Origin: an uncultured Candidatus Peribacteria bacterium
GTDB lineage: Bacteria; Patescibacteriota; Gracilibacteria; Peribacterales; Peribacteraceae
Assembly (NCBI GenBank): GCA_964488165.1
Contig: CAZATU010000002.1
Coordinates: forward strand, 137,334 to 201,333
Direction of reading: 5' to 3'
DNA: 64,000 bases
Part shown: piece after piece, positions 9,226 through 17,448 of the stretch
How positions within the stretch are numbered: the stretch's first letter is position 1
Layout: the number at the start of each line of letters is the position of its first letter
Program-made: the position numbers and the translations under genes
The notes under the pieces: model-generated
The model's input: the letters and a program-made list of their open reading frames with translations, nothing else
Told to the model about the DNA's origin: nothing
Database searches by the model: none

Positions 9226-10374
9226 TCACGTCACAATTTCATGCAAACGCTGCTCACGCGCGGCGTCGCGGATTTCCTGCGCAATACGGTCCCCCATCGT
9301 CATCGGGCGGCCATGCAGGTAGCGCGAGTACGGCGTCGCGGCGATGCCCGGGCAGGTGGTGGGGCGGAAGCAGATGCCAAACAGCACGATGTCCTCGCGG
9401 CTGTTCTCCGACACGATGGCGCCCTGCAGCGTAAACGACCCGATCATCCCCTTGCCCGTGGGGTCGATCTCGCGCGGGAGCGACTGCGTGATACTGATGA
9501 AGTCCTCGCCGATATCAAACGCGCGCTCCAGGAGCGACTCGCGCAGCGTGCTCGGGATGTGCCCGATCTCCACCATCTGCAACGGCACGTGGTCGAGGGC
9601 GATCTTCTGCTGCGACGGCGTCATGCGCTGGAAGCCCTCCAGGTTAGTCTGGCGGCGGATATCGATGCCCAGCAACTCCAGCTCGCTGCGCAGCGGCGAG
9701 AAGAAGAAGTGGAAGTTCACCGGCGAACCGATGATGTATTCCTCGATGATGGCGTTTTTGAGGTCTTTCTCCGTGATTTGGCGCAGCTTGATGCGGCGGG
9801 CGGCCTCCTCGTCGAAGCTCTCTTTGTCCCACGCAAGGAAGAACACGCGCTCGTAGCCGCGGAGATCTTCTTTGACCTTCACGATGGAAAGCCGATCGAT
9901 CTGCGACGGGTCATTGAAGCGCTGCGGGATGCGGATGCCCGCTTCGGCAAGCAGGTCGCGGCTGGTGTAGGGCTGGTTGCGGCCTTCGAGGCGCAGCAAT
10001 GAACGCGACCCGAAGATCGGCACGTTGAATTGCTCCTCAATGGACGTGAAGCTCGGGAAGCGCCTCCAGAAATCCTTGCTCTGCACGAAGATCGTGTTGG
10101 CCGTGCGCAGGCGCTGCTGCAGGTCGGGGGCGAGGATGTCGGGGAATTCCTCCACGGCGATCACGTCATCGATGCAGCCCACCATCTCTTCGCCGCTCCT
10201 GCGGGTGCGGTAGTGCTTGGCGTAGAGCGAATCGCGCCCTTCGTGCGCCACGATGAGTGTTTGCATGCCGGCATCCTTGGCGCCGGAAGCGATGTCGAGT
10301 GCGTTGCGCCCGCCAAAGCAGCCCACCGTGAGGCGCGAAACGTCATAGCCGTCGAGGAGCTTCGCGGTATCCAA
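9226..10374 (-). CDS. purP: 5-formaminoimidazole-4-carboxamide ribonucleotide (FAICAR) synthetase, archaeal PurP type (ATP-grasp)
   Basis: VGCFGGRNALDIASGAKDAGMQTLIV..., IEEYIIGSPVNFHFFFSPLRSELELLGIDIRRQTNLEGF..., GSFTLQGAI: matches the PurP (DUF1246/DUF1297) family pattern from memory. Confidence 0.75.
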   Translation of the reverse strand: MDTAKLLDGYDVSRLTVGCFGGRNALDIASGAKDAGMQTLIVAHEGRDSLYAKHYRTRRSGEEMVGCIDDVIAVEEFPDILAPDLQQRLRTANTIFVQSKDFWRRFPSFTSIEEQFNVPIFGSRSLLRLEGRNQPYTSRDLLAEAGIRIPQRFNDPSQIDRLSIVKVKEDLRGYERVFFLAWDKESFDEEAARRIKLRQITEKDLKNAIIEEYIIGSPVNFHFFFSPLRSELELLGIDIRRQTNLEGFQRMTPSQQKIALDHVPLQMVEIGHIPSTLRESLLERAFDIGEDFISITQSLPREIDPTGKGMIGSFTLQGAIVSENSREDIVLFGICFRPTTCPGIAATPYSRYLHGRPMTMGDRIAQEIRDAAREQRLHEIVT

Positions 10375-10429
10375 GACGCGGGCAGTCTAGCGGTCTCGTC
10401 AAAAAAAGAAATGCCCTTTGGAATCATGG

Positions 10430-10504
10430 TGGAGGTGCCGGTGGGAATCGCACCCACGCATGGGGGTTTTGCAGACCCCTGCCTTACTACTTGGCTACGG
10501 CACC
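10430..10504 (-). tRNA. tRNA-Cys (anticodon GCA), CCA encoded
   Basis: Reverse complement GGTGCCGTAGCCAAGTAGTAAGGCAGGGGTCTGCAAAACCCCCATGCGTGGGTGCGATTCCCACCGGCACCTCCA. Loop CTGCAAA; discriminator U73, typical of Cys. Confidence 0.9.
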
Positions 10505-10596
10505 AGAGAGTGGGGGTAGCGTAGGGAATCTGTAGGTGTTTTTCCACCTGGATTTTAGCGACCCTGCGGGTTTCTTTGCTGCACACAGAAAACGCC

Positions 10597-11199
10597 TTTC
10601 CCACTTTTTGTAGAAAAAGAACGATGTTCCACCTTTGCCAACGCGGCAAAGGTGGAGCCAAAACGCTGGCCGTCAAAGCCCCCACTCCGCTTGCGGCACC
10701 ACCCCCGGCGTTGACGGCGGGCCACCCCAGGAGAGCATCGCCGCCTACTACTCTCCTAGGTATACACATCGGGAGGAGGTAGTGCGGGAGGGCCGCCGGG
10801 CTGCTCCATCGCAAAGAACTCCTCGAACATCCGAAGAGGGAGGAAGTTTTCCTGGAACCAGATCTGCTTCCTCAGAGCACCGTGGCGCGGCCCCGCCGCC
10901 ACGGAGGGTGTAGAGGGAGCCCCGCCGTGTCGTGGCGCAGCGAGTCGAGCTGCGCCAACGAGACGAGGAGACGGACGGGAAGCCCTCTACGAGGACTGCG
11001 TCCCAAGCCACTCAGGCTTCGCCATACGGCTCGCCTTCGAGAGCTTGGTCCTGGGAGCCTTGGACCGTCCGACGACGAGGCCCGGGGCGGTGCGGAGTGT
11101 GCACTTGGCGGCGGAGACTTTTCTTTCGCCGGTTTCTTTGCGTGGTTGGCAAAGAAACCGGCATCTCTCGTTACGGCAATTTTCTAAAAAAGTGGGAAA
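10597..11199 (+). repeat. structured non-coding repeat family, copy A (with inverted terminal A/T-rich motif)
   Basis: Shares a ~122-nt near-identical core (from 10627) with copies at 37618 and 41880 (rc), and the full length with copy B. Bounded by TTTCCCACTTTTTGTAGAAAA (10597-10617) and its inverse TTTTCTAAAAAAGTGGGAAA (11180-11199). Confidence 0.85.
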
Positions 11200-11254
11200 C
11201 CGTTTGATGTTTAAAACACCTGAAGCAGCAGAAAATGCGACGAAAGAGGAACCC

Positions 11255-11842
11255 TTACTCCTTCTCTTCCTCAACCCCCGCTGGTTCTTTCATCGAAACC
11301 GACTTCAACAGCAGCTGCACTTCCTCCGCCAACGTGTCCGGCGCGGAGAGCGGTAGCGCCGCGGTGAACACGTACCCCATGCTGCCCTTCACCATCGCGA
11401 GCTGGTAGAACCGCTGCTTGGGCTCATCGGTGAGCGGCTGCGCGCTGAACACATGGAGTTGCAGCGGCGTGCCGTCGATGGTGACATCCTGCACGTCGAT
11501 CTGGGTGTAGTCCTTCCGGCGCGACACCACGTCGATGCTCGCCTTGCTGTAGTCCTCAGAGGTCAGGGGGTCGCGCAGCGTCTCGGTGGTCACCGTCACC
11601 GTCGGGTACTGCCCGGCGATCGCCTGCACGGCCTGGAACGCGAACTGCACTTCGGGCGGCATGCCGCGGGCCTGGACTTCTTCGTGCGAGAGCGCGCTCC
11701 ATCCCGCCGGCAAACACGTACCGATGGTGCCGTCCCAATACGTCGACACACACTTCGCCGTCGGCGTACTGCTGCTGCCGCCGCAGGCCGTCAGGACAAC
11801 CGTGAGCAGCAATGCCGATGGAAGGAATCGTTCAAAACGCAT
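11255..11842 (-). CDS. lipoprotein, unknown function
   Basis: MRFERFLPSALLLTVVLTACGG: signal peptide with lipobox. Start set at the internal ATG 11842. Confidence 0.7.
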   Translation of the reverse strand: MRFERFLPSALLLTVVLTACGGSSSTPTAKCVSTYWDGTIGTCLPAGWSALSHEEVQARGMPPEVQFAFQAVQAIAGQYPTVTVTTETLRDPLTSEDYSKASIDVVSRRKDYTQIDVQDVTIDGTPLQLHVFSAQPLTDEPKQRFYQLAMVKGSMGYVFTAALPLSAPDTLAEEVQLLLKSVSMKEPAGVEEEKE

Positions 11843-11960
11843 GCGGCGATGATACTCCACGGCCCGCCGATGCGATTCTCCCGGCGCCGATGTGCGCTGG
11901 ACAATTCCTTCATTCTCTCGCAAAGAGCTATACCTGAGCATTGAGGGAACGGGCGGAATT

Positions 11961-11969
11961 TGCTATAAT
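11961..11969 (+). promoter_or_regulatory. extended -10 promoter element (TGCTATAAT)
   Basis: tgctataat lies 11 nt upstream of the ATG at 11980; implies a very short leader. Confidence 0.4.
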
Positions 11970-11979
11970 GACGGGATTT

Positions 11980-14415
11980 ATGCGCAATACCTTCGCACGA
12001 TTCCTCATCGCCGCGACGCTCGCACTGTCGCTTCCGATCGGCGCGCTCGGCGCGATCCGCATCGACATTGAAGACACGGTCGCGGGCCTCGGAGCAACGG
12101 CGTTCGCCCCCGATCTTCCGACGGGCGCCGATGCGCAGGCGGTCTTCGGCATTCCCGGCGGCGGCGAGCGCACGGTGCGCGTTGAACGCGGCGCCGACGG
12201 TGCCGCCCGCGCCGACCTCGCTGCATCCGACAGCACCAAGGCTGGCTCGTACACCGTGGAGTTGCGCGCAGGCGCTTCCGTCCTCGGCGCGGCGAGCTTC
12301 ACCGTGGTGCCCGACAGCGTCGACGCCGCCATGTCCGACGTCCGCATCGACCGCAGCGTCATCGACACCGACGGCGCAGACGCCGCCACCGTCACTGTCA
12401 CCCTGCGCGACCGCTACGGCAACGCGCTGACAGGCCGACCCGTCACGCTCGTCGCCAGCCGCAAGAGCGACCAGGTAGAACCCGTCGAACCTCAGACCGA
12501 CGCCAGCGGTTCGCAGCGCTTCTACGTGTACACCGACATGCCCGGCCATCTGTCGCTGCGCGCCATCGACCTCTTAAGCGGCGTCGTGCTCGAGTCCACC
12601 GCCGAGATCGACGCGGGCAACCCGCGCGCCGTCGGCGGCACGTACGACTACTACGCGCCCCAGGCCCCCGTCTACGCCCCGTACCCCTCGCCCTACGCCT
12701 CCTACGCGCCGCCCGCGGACACGCGCACGTTCTACACCGACGGACGCCGCGCGCCGTCGTACGGCAACTTCCTCGGCCAAGTGACGGGCACGTTCGACGT
12801 CGTCGACCACTTCGAGGTGACGGCCCCCGCCGAGCTGCCCATCGACGAAGAGGCGCCCAAGATCACGCTGCGCGCCGTCGACCGCCAGGGTCGCAGCGTC
12901 GAGAACTACCTGGGCACGGCGGTGTTCACCTCCACCGACCCCGACGCCATCCTGCCCAACTTCGGCGAATACACCTTTAAGGAGCGCGACCTGGGGCAGA
13001 AGGAATTCCCCCTCGTGCTGCGCTTCAAGACGCCGGGCGCGCAGACCGTACGCATCGAGGACAAGACCGACCCCAGCATCCGCGGCGAAGCCACAATCAA
13101 CGTCGCCAGCGGCGGCGACTCCGGCGCGGCCGGCACCATCGTCATCACCTCGCATAAGGACGGCGACGTGGTGAGCACGACCGATATCACCATCAAGGGC
13201 ACCGGCCCGGAATACACGAACCTCACCGTCATGGGCGGCACGCGCGACGTGCAGAGCGACACCGACGGCATCGGCAATTTCGAAGCCGTGATCCAGCTCG
13301 CGCCCGACCAGCAGGACTTCACGATCCGCGTACGCGACGACCAGGGCAAATTCGACTCCGGCCCCTTGCACCTGGTGCTCGACAAGAACCCTCCTGAGGT
13401 CGGCGCCATCACCTTCGACCCCTCGGAGCCCGAGGAAGGCGAAAACGTGCTCGTGCGCGTAGAAACGGACCCCGACCTGCCCAAAGTGGTCTTCCTTCTG
13501 GATGACGCGACGGCGGACCGTCCCACGGCGACCCTGACGGCGAACCCCGACGACGCGCGTATCTACCAGGCGTTCTTCCCCGCCCCCGGCCCCGGCGAGC
13601 ACCAAGTGAGCATCATCGCCAGCGACGCCTCCGGCAACCCGCGCGAAGTGCGCGCGGTGCTCGTGGTGAAGACGCGTGGCCTCCCGGTGGTGGCCGGCCT
13701 TACGGCCCAGGCGCGCACCAACGCCGTAGCGCTCCAGTGGGACCCGGTACCCGAGCAAGTGACGGGTTACCGCGTGTACGTCGGTGAACAGGAAGGCACC
13801 TTCGACTACAGCCTCGACACGGGCCGCCCCGTCACCAAGGCCACGGTCGCGGGTCTCCGCCCCGGCACAACCTATTACTTCGCCGTCACCGCGCTGCGCG
13901 ACACGATGGAGAGCATGGAAAAGAGCCAGGTGCTCAACGTGCAAACGCCGGGCCTCACCCTGCGCATCCGCGAGGGCGACACGGCCATGCGCCTCGAATG
14001 GGAATTCCCCGACGACATTGAGCTCAGCGGCTTCCTGCTCCAGTACCACGTCGACGGCGACGAAGACGTGCAGGAAGAGCGCCTGCTCGAAGGCAGCGCC
14101 CGCACCTACACCCTCCGCGACCTCTTCAACGGCTACGCCTACGTCGTGCGCCTTACACCGATCTCCGTGACGGGCGACCGCCTCGACGAGTTGAGTGCCG
14201 AAGTGACGGGCACGCCCAACGGCCCGGCAAACGGCTTCCGCGCCGGACCCTCCGACCCCGCTCCGTTCAACCTGGCCGCAGCCGTGCTCCCCCGCGTCCC
14301 CGAACACTCGCAGGAAGGCCTGCCGTCGATCATCGTGATCGGCGTGATCGGCGCCGCCACGATGGCAGTGCTGTATCGCTCGCGCCGGAAGGTATACTCG
14401 CAGCGTCCTCGCTGA
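11980..14415 (+). CDS. large cell-surface protein with Ig-like (Big) and fibronectin-III-like repeats and a C-terminal TM anchor
   Basis: N-terminal signal MRNTFARFLIAATLALSLPIGALGA. DAATVTVTLRDRYGNALTGRPVTLVAS (Big_1-like). VTGYRVYVGEQEGTFDY...YYFAVTAL (FN3-like). C-terminal IIVIGVIGAATMAVLYRSRRK. Confidence 0.75.
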   Translation: MRNTFARFLIAATLALSLPIGALGAIRIDIEDTVAGLGATAFAPDLPTGADAQAVFGIPGGGERTVRVERGADGAARADLAASDSTKAGSYTVELRAGASVLGAASFTVVPDSVDAAMSDVRIDRSVIDTDGADAATVTVTLRDRYGNALTGRPVTLVASRKSDQVEPVEPQTDASGSQRFYVYTDMPGHLSLRAIDLLSGVVLESTAEIDAGNPRAVGGTYDYYAPQAPVYAPYPSPYASYAPPADTRTFYTDGRRAPSYGNFLGQVTGTFDVVDHFEVTAPAELPIDEEAPKITLRAVDRQGRSVENYLGTAVFTSTDPDAILPNFGEYTFKERDLGQKEFPLVLRFKTPGAQTVRIEDKTDPSIRGEATINVASGGDSGAAGTIVITSHKDGDVVSTTDITIKGTGPEYTNLTVMGGTRDVQSDTDGIGNFEAVIQLAPDQQDFTIRVRDDQGKFDSGPLHLVLDKNPPEVGAITFDPSEPEEGENVLVRVETDPDLPKVVFLLDDATADRPTATLTANPDDARIYQAFFPAPGPGEHQVSIIASDASGNPREVRAVLVVKTRGLPVVAGLTAQARTNAVALQWDPVPEQVTGYRVYVGEQEGTFDYSLDTGRPVTKATVAGLRPGTTYYFAVTALRDTMESMEKSQVLNVQTPGLTLRIREGDTAMRLEWEFPDDIELSGFLLQYHVDGDEDVQEERLLEGSARTYTLRDLFNGYAYVVRLTPISVTGDRLDELSAEVTGTPNGPANGFRAGPSDPAPFNLAAAVLPRVPEHSQEGLPSIIVIGVIGAATMAVLYRSRRKVYSQRPR

Positions 14416-14418
14416 CCC

Positions 14419-15453
14419 ATGACGCCTGCAACGCCCGCCCATCGGCGCCAGGACGGCTCGCGCCGACCCCGGACGTTCTCGATCGGCGGAGCCACGTTTG
14501 ACCTCTTCGTGCACTGCCCCCACAACGTGATGTCGCTGGGCGACGGCACGCGCGCCTTTACCCTGCCCTTGGGCCAAAAAGTCGCTGCCGAACGCATCAT
14601 TGGCGCCTGCGGCGGCGGCGCATCGAACTCCGCGGTGGGGCTCGCGCGGCTCGGCTGCGAAGCTCATTTCAGCGGCGTCGTGGGCGACGACCAATGGGGC
14701 ACGGCGCTGCTCGACAACCTCAAGCGCGAAGGCGTGCACGCCGACACCGTCACGATCGTGGAGGATGAAACGTCGAGCTTCTCCATCATCTTCAACGCCG
14801 ACGGCGGCGAGCGCGTCATCGTCTACCAGACCGGCGCCAACCAGCACATGCACGACGCCACCTTCCCGCGCCACATGCTGCGCGAGGTGGACTGGGTGTA
14901 CTTCAACCGCATCCCCGAGCAAGCCTGCATGATCGAAAACGACATCGTCGACGCGCTCACAGCGGAAGGCGGACCCAAGATGACGTGGAACCCCGGCGGC
15001 TGCCAGATCGACATGGGCATGCGCTTCAAGCACCACATCGAACTGCTCAAGCGCACGGACCTCCTCCTGCTCAACAAAGAAGAAGCCGCCCTCTTCACGA
15101 AGACCTCTACCGTCCGCGACGCGCTCAAGAAGCTCAGCGCCGCGGGCGTCGCGATCGCCTGCATCACCGACGGCAAGAACGGCGCGACGGCAACCGACGG
15201 CAAGAACGTCGTCACCTGCCCCACGACGTCGGCCACGGTGGTGGACACGACGGGTGCCGGGGACGCCTTCGGCATCGGCATGACCTGGGGCCTGATGAGC
15301 GGCCTGGACTTGCCAAGAGCGCTGTGTGCGGGTACCATAAATGCGTCAAGCGTTGTCAGCGTCTTCGGGGCGCAAGCAGGACTTCTCACAGACACCGAGA
15401 TGCACGAACGGCTCGGCCGCCTGGACCTCCCCTTGGAGACAGCGCCCCTCTGA
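14419..15453 (+). CDS. PfkB-family carbohydrate/nucleoside kinase
   Basis: GGGASNSAVGLARLG and VVDTTGAGDAFGIG motifs of the ribokinase/PfkB family. Confidence 0.85.
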   Translation: MTPATPAHRRQDGSRRPRTFSIGGATFDLFVHCPHNVMSLGDGTRAFTLPLGQKVAAERIIGACGGGASNSAVGLARLGCEAHFSGVVGDDQWGTALLDNLKREGVHADTVTIVEDETSSFSIIFNADGGERVIVYQTGANQHMHDATFPRHMLREVDWVYFNRIPEQACMIENDIVDALTAEGGPKMTWNPGGCQIDMGMRFKHHIELLKRTDLLLLNKEEAALFTKTSTVRDALKKLSAAGVAIACITDGKNGATATDGKNVVTCPTTSATVVDTTGAGDAFGIGMTWGLMSGLDLPRALCAGTINASSVVSVFGAQAGLLTDTEMHERLGRLDLPLETAPL

Positions 15454-15486
15454 CGACTTCCGTCTTCCACTTTTCTCTCTCACATC

Positions 15487-16113
15487 ATGTCCGACGATTC
15501 GCTGCTCCACGTTCAAGAACTTTTGGAAAGCGCCCAGTCCTCGCTCAAGACCGCGAGCGCGCTGCTGCGTGAATTGACTGGCGTTTCCGATACGGGCCGC
15601 GAGCGTATGGCCACCCGCGCCAGCCGCATGGCGGGCCCCGTGAGCGGACGCGTCGTCGAAGGCGCCTTCGACGGCCAGAACATGGTCGACTCGGGAGGCC
15701 AGACGTACCCCGTCCCCGCCAACTACGCTTCCAAGAGCAAGCTCGTGGAAGGCGACGGCATGAAGCTCACCATCACCGAGGAAGGCAAATTCATCTACAA
15801 ACAGATCGCCCCCATCGAGCGCCGCATCGTCCGCGGCGTGCTCATCCAGGAGGACGGCCAGTACAAGGTGCTCGCCGAGGGCAAGGCCTTCCGCGTGTTG
15901 CTGGCCTCGGTCACGTTCTACCGCGCCGAAGTCGGCGACCAGGTGACGATCCTGCTGCCCACCGACGGCCCCGCAAACTGGGGCGCCATCGAAGCTGTGA
16001 TCCCCAAGCATCTCCTTCAGGCCACGATGGAAACCGGCCAGGAAACGGACACTGCAACCGACGGAGAACTGTCCCCCGTCGTGACGGAAAAACCGAAGAA
16101 GGGAAAGGCCTGA
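15487..16113 (+). CDS. hypothetical protein
   Basis: High GC3 and balanced composition; no family recognised. Confidence 0.6.
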   Translation: MSDDSLLHVQELLESAQSSLKTASALLRELTGVSDTGRERMATRASRMAGPVSGRVVEGAFDGQNMVDSGGQTYPVPANYASKSKLVEGDGMKLTITEEGKFIYKQIAPIERRIVRGVLIQEDGQYKVLAEGKAFRVLLASVTFYRAEVGDQVTILLPTDGPANWGAIEAVIPKHLLQATMETGQETDTATDGELSPVVTEKPKKGKA

Positions 16114-16125
16114 TGATGTGCTAGC

Positions 16126-17448
16126 ATGCGCGGCACCCACATGCCCCGACTGCCGTCCCGCATCATCGTGCCCATCGCCTTCGCCGTGGTCTGCGCCGTC
16201 GGCATCAGTGGCGTTTTGACGTGGCAGGCAGGCCGCACGCGCGCGCTCCTTGGCAGGCAGCTCGTCGCCATCCGCACGCAGGAGCAGGCCGATGACGTCC
16301 CCCTGGAAACGCTCCCAGCCGAAGATATCAAAGACGCTGCGCTCAACGCGCTGCGCGAGGGCGACCTCGCCGCGCTCGAGGGCGATTGGAAGCGCGCACA
16401 AACGCTCTACCAGCGCTCAGTCGACGCGCGAGGCGGCGTGCCCGCGCTGCGCAAACTCATGCAGGCGCAGCTCCAGCGCCGCGATATCCCCGCCGCCCGC
16501 GAAACGCTCACGCGCCTCAAGCTCGCAGGCGCCCGTCCGGAAGACGTCACGCTGCTGGAAGCGCTCATGCTGCTGCGCACGGGCGAGCTGCAGCAGGCGC
16601 AGCAATTCCTCAACACTGCCGACGAATCGCCGCAGCGTTCCTACGGAGAAGCGCTCCTGAGCATCGTGCAAGGCAGCCACGAAGCGGCGCAGACATCGCT
16701 CCATGCCGTGGAAAACGGTTGGGACCCGATCCTCCGCGCCAACGCGCGGATTTTGATGGGCGCGTACGAGGAGTACAGCCTCTTCCCCGAAAGTCCGAAC
16801 ATCCACCTCATCGCCCTGCTCTCGCGCGCACTCGCCCAGGTGCACGAATGCGAGCTGGCGCTGCCGCTGCTCTCGCAGGTCACCCGGCAGCAGGATGACT
16901 ACCGCGACGCATGGATCGTCCAGGGCTACTGCGAGCTGACCACCGAACGCCTGCCCGAAGCACTGTCATCGTTCGAGCGCGCGTACGCCCTCGACCCGGA
17001 GAAGCCCGAAACGCAGTTCTTCCTCGGGCGCACCTACGCCGCCCAAGGCGACCATGCCAGCGCCCTCACGTTCTTCCAGTACGCACTGAAAAACGGCTTC
17101 CAACCGGAGGCCGATGCGCGCCGCGCCATCGCCAAAGCAGCCTTCGCCTCGGGCAACACCACCGATGCGCTGGAGCAATACGATATCCTCACCGCCGCCC
17201 CCGACGCCGAACCGGCGATCTTCGAGGAATACGCCGACGTCGCGCTCAGCGTCCACCTCATCGAAGAAGCCCTCGCCCGCTCGACCACCGCCACCGAACG
17301 CTGGCCGAACAACGCCCGAGTCTGGTTCCTGCTGGGGCGCACCGCCGTGCTCGCCGACAAGCGCGACAGAGCCCGCTCCGCGCTGGAAAAGGCACTGGAA
17401 ATCGACCCCGACTTCACCGCCGCGCGGGCAGCACTCCAGGCGCTCTAG
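16126..17448 (+). CDS. membrane-anchored TPR-repeat protein
   Basis: N-terminal TM IIVPIAFAVVCAVGISGVL followed by repeated TPR-like A..Y..AL..DP segments. Confidence 0.7.
   Translation: MRGTHMPRLPSRIIVPIAFAVVCAVGISGVLTWQAGRTRALLGRQLVAIRTQEQADDVPLETLPAEDIKDAALNALREGDLAALEGDWKRAQTLYQRSVDARGGVPALRKLMQAQLQRRDIPAARETLTRLKLAGARPEDVTLLEALMLLRTGELQQAQQFLNTADESPQRSYGEALLSIVQGSHEAAQTSLHAVENGWDPILRANARILMGAYEEYSLFPESPNIHLIALLSRALAQVHECELALPLLSQVTRQQDDYRDAWIVQGYCELTTERLPEALSSFERAYALDPEKPETQFFLGRTYAAQGDHASALTFFQYALKNGFQPEADARRAIAKAAFASGNTTDALEQYDILTAAPDAEPAIFEEYADVALSVHLIEEALARSTTATERWPNNARVWFLLGRTAVLADKRDRARSALEKALEIDPDFTAARAALQAL

Noticed and set aside
10576-10913. Small ORFs inside the repeat copies (e.g. 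10576..10782, 10635..10913, 37543..37914, 41452..41799) as possible conserved peptides
   Set aside because: The products are Ala/Pro/Arg-rich and low-complexity. There is no shared start codon. A 4-nt indel and an in-frame TAG between copies B and C break the frame, and the most conserved part is a perfect hairpin. RNA-level or DNA-level function is more likely.
12574-15036. Very long listed ORFs antisense to recognised genes: 12574..15036, 5209..6717, 34077..35756, 38266..40107, 43150..44379, 44797..46374, 52153..54216, 56357..57823, 60377..62029, 49956..51020, 30421..31527
   Set aside because: They show typical stop-codon depletion on the opposite strand of high-GC genes. The translations are Arg/Gly/His/Asp-rich with no motifs, while the sense-strand genes carry clear family signatures.
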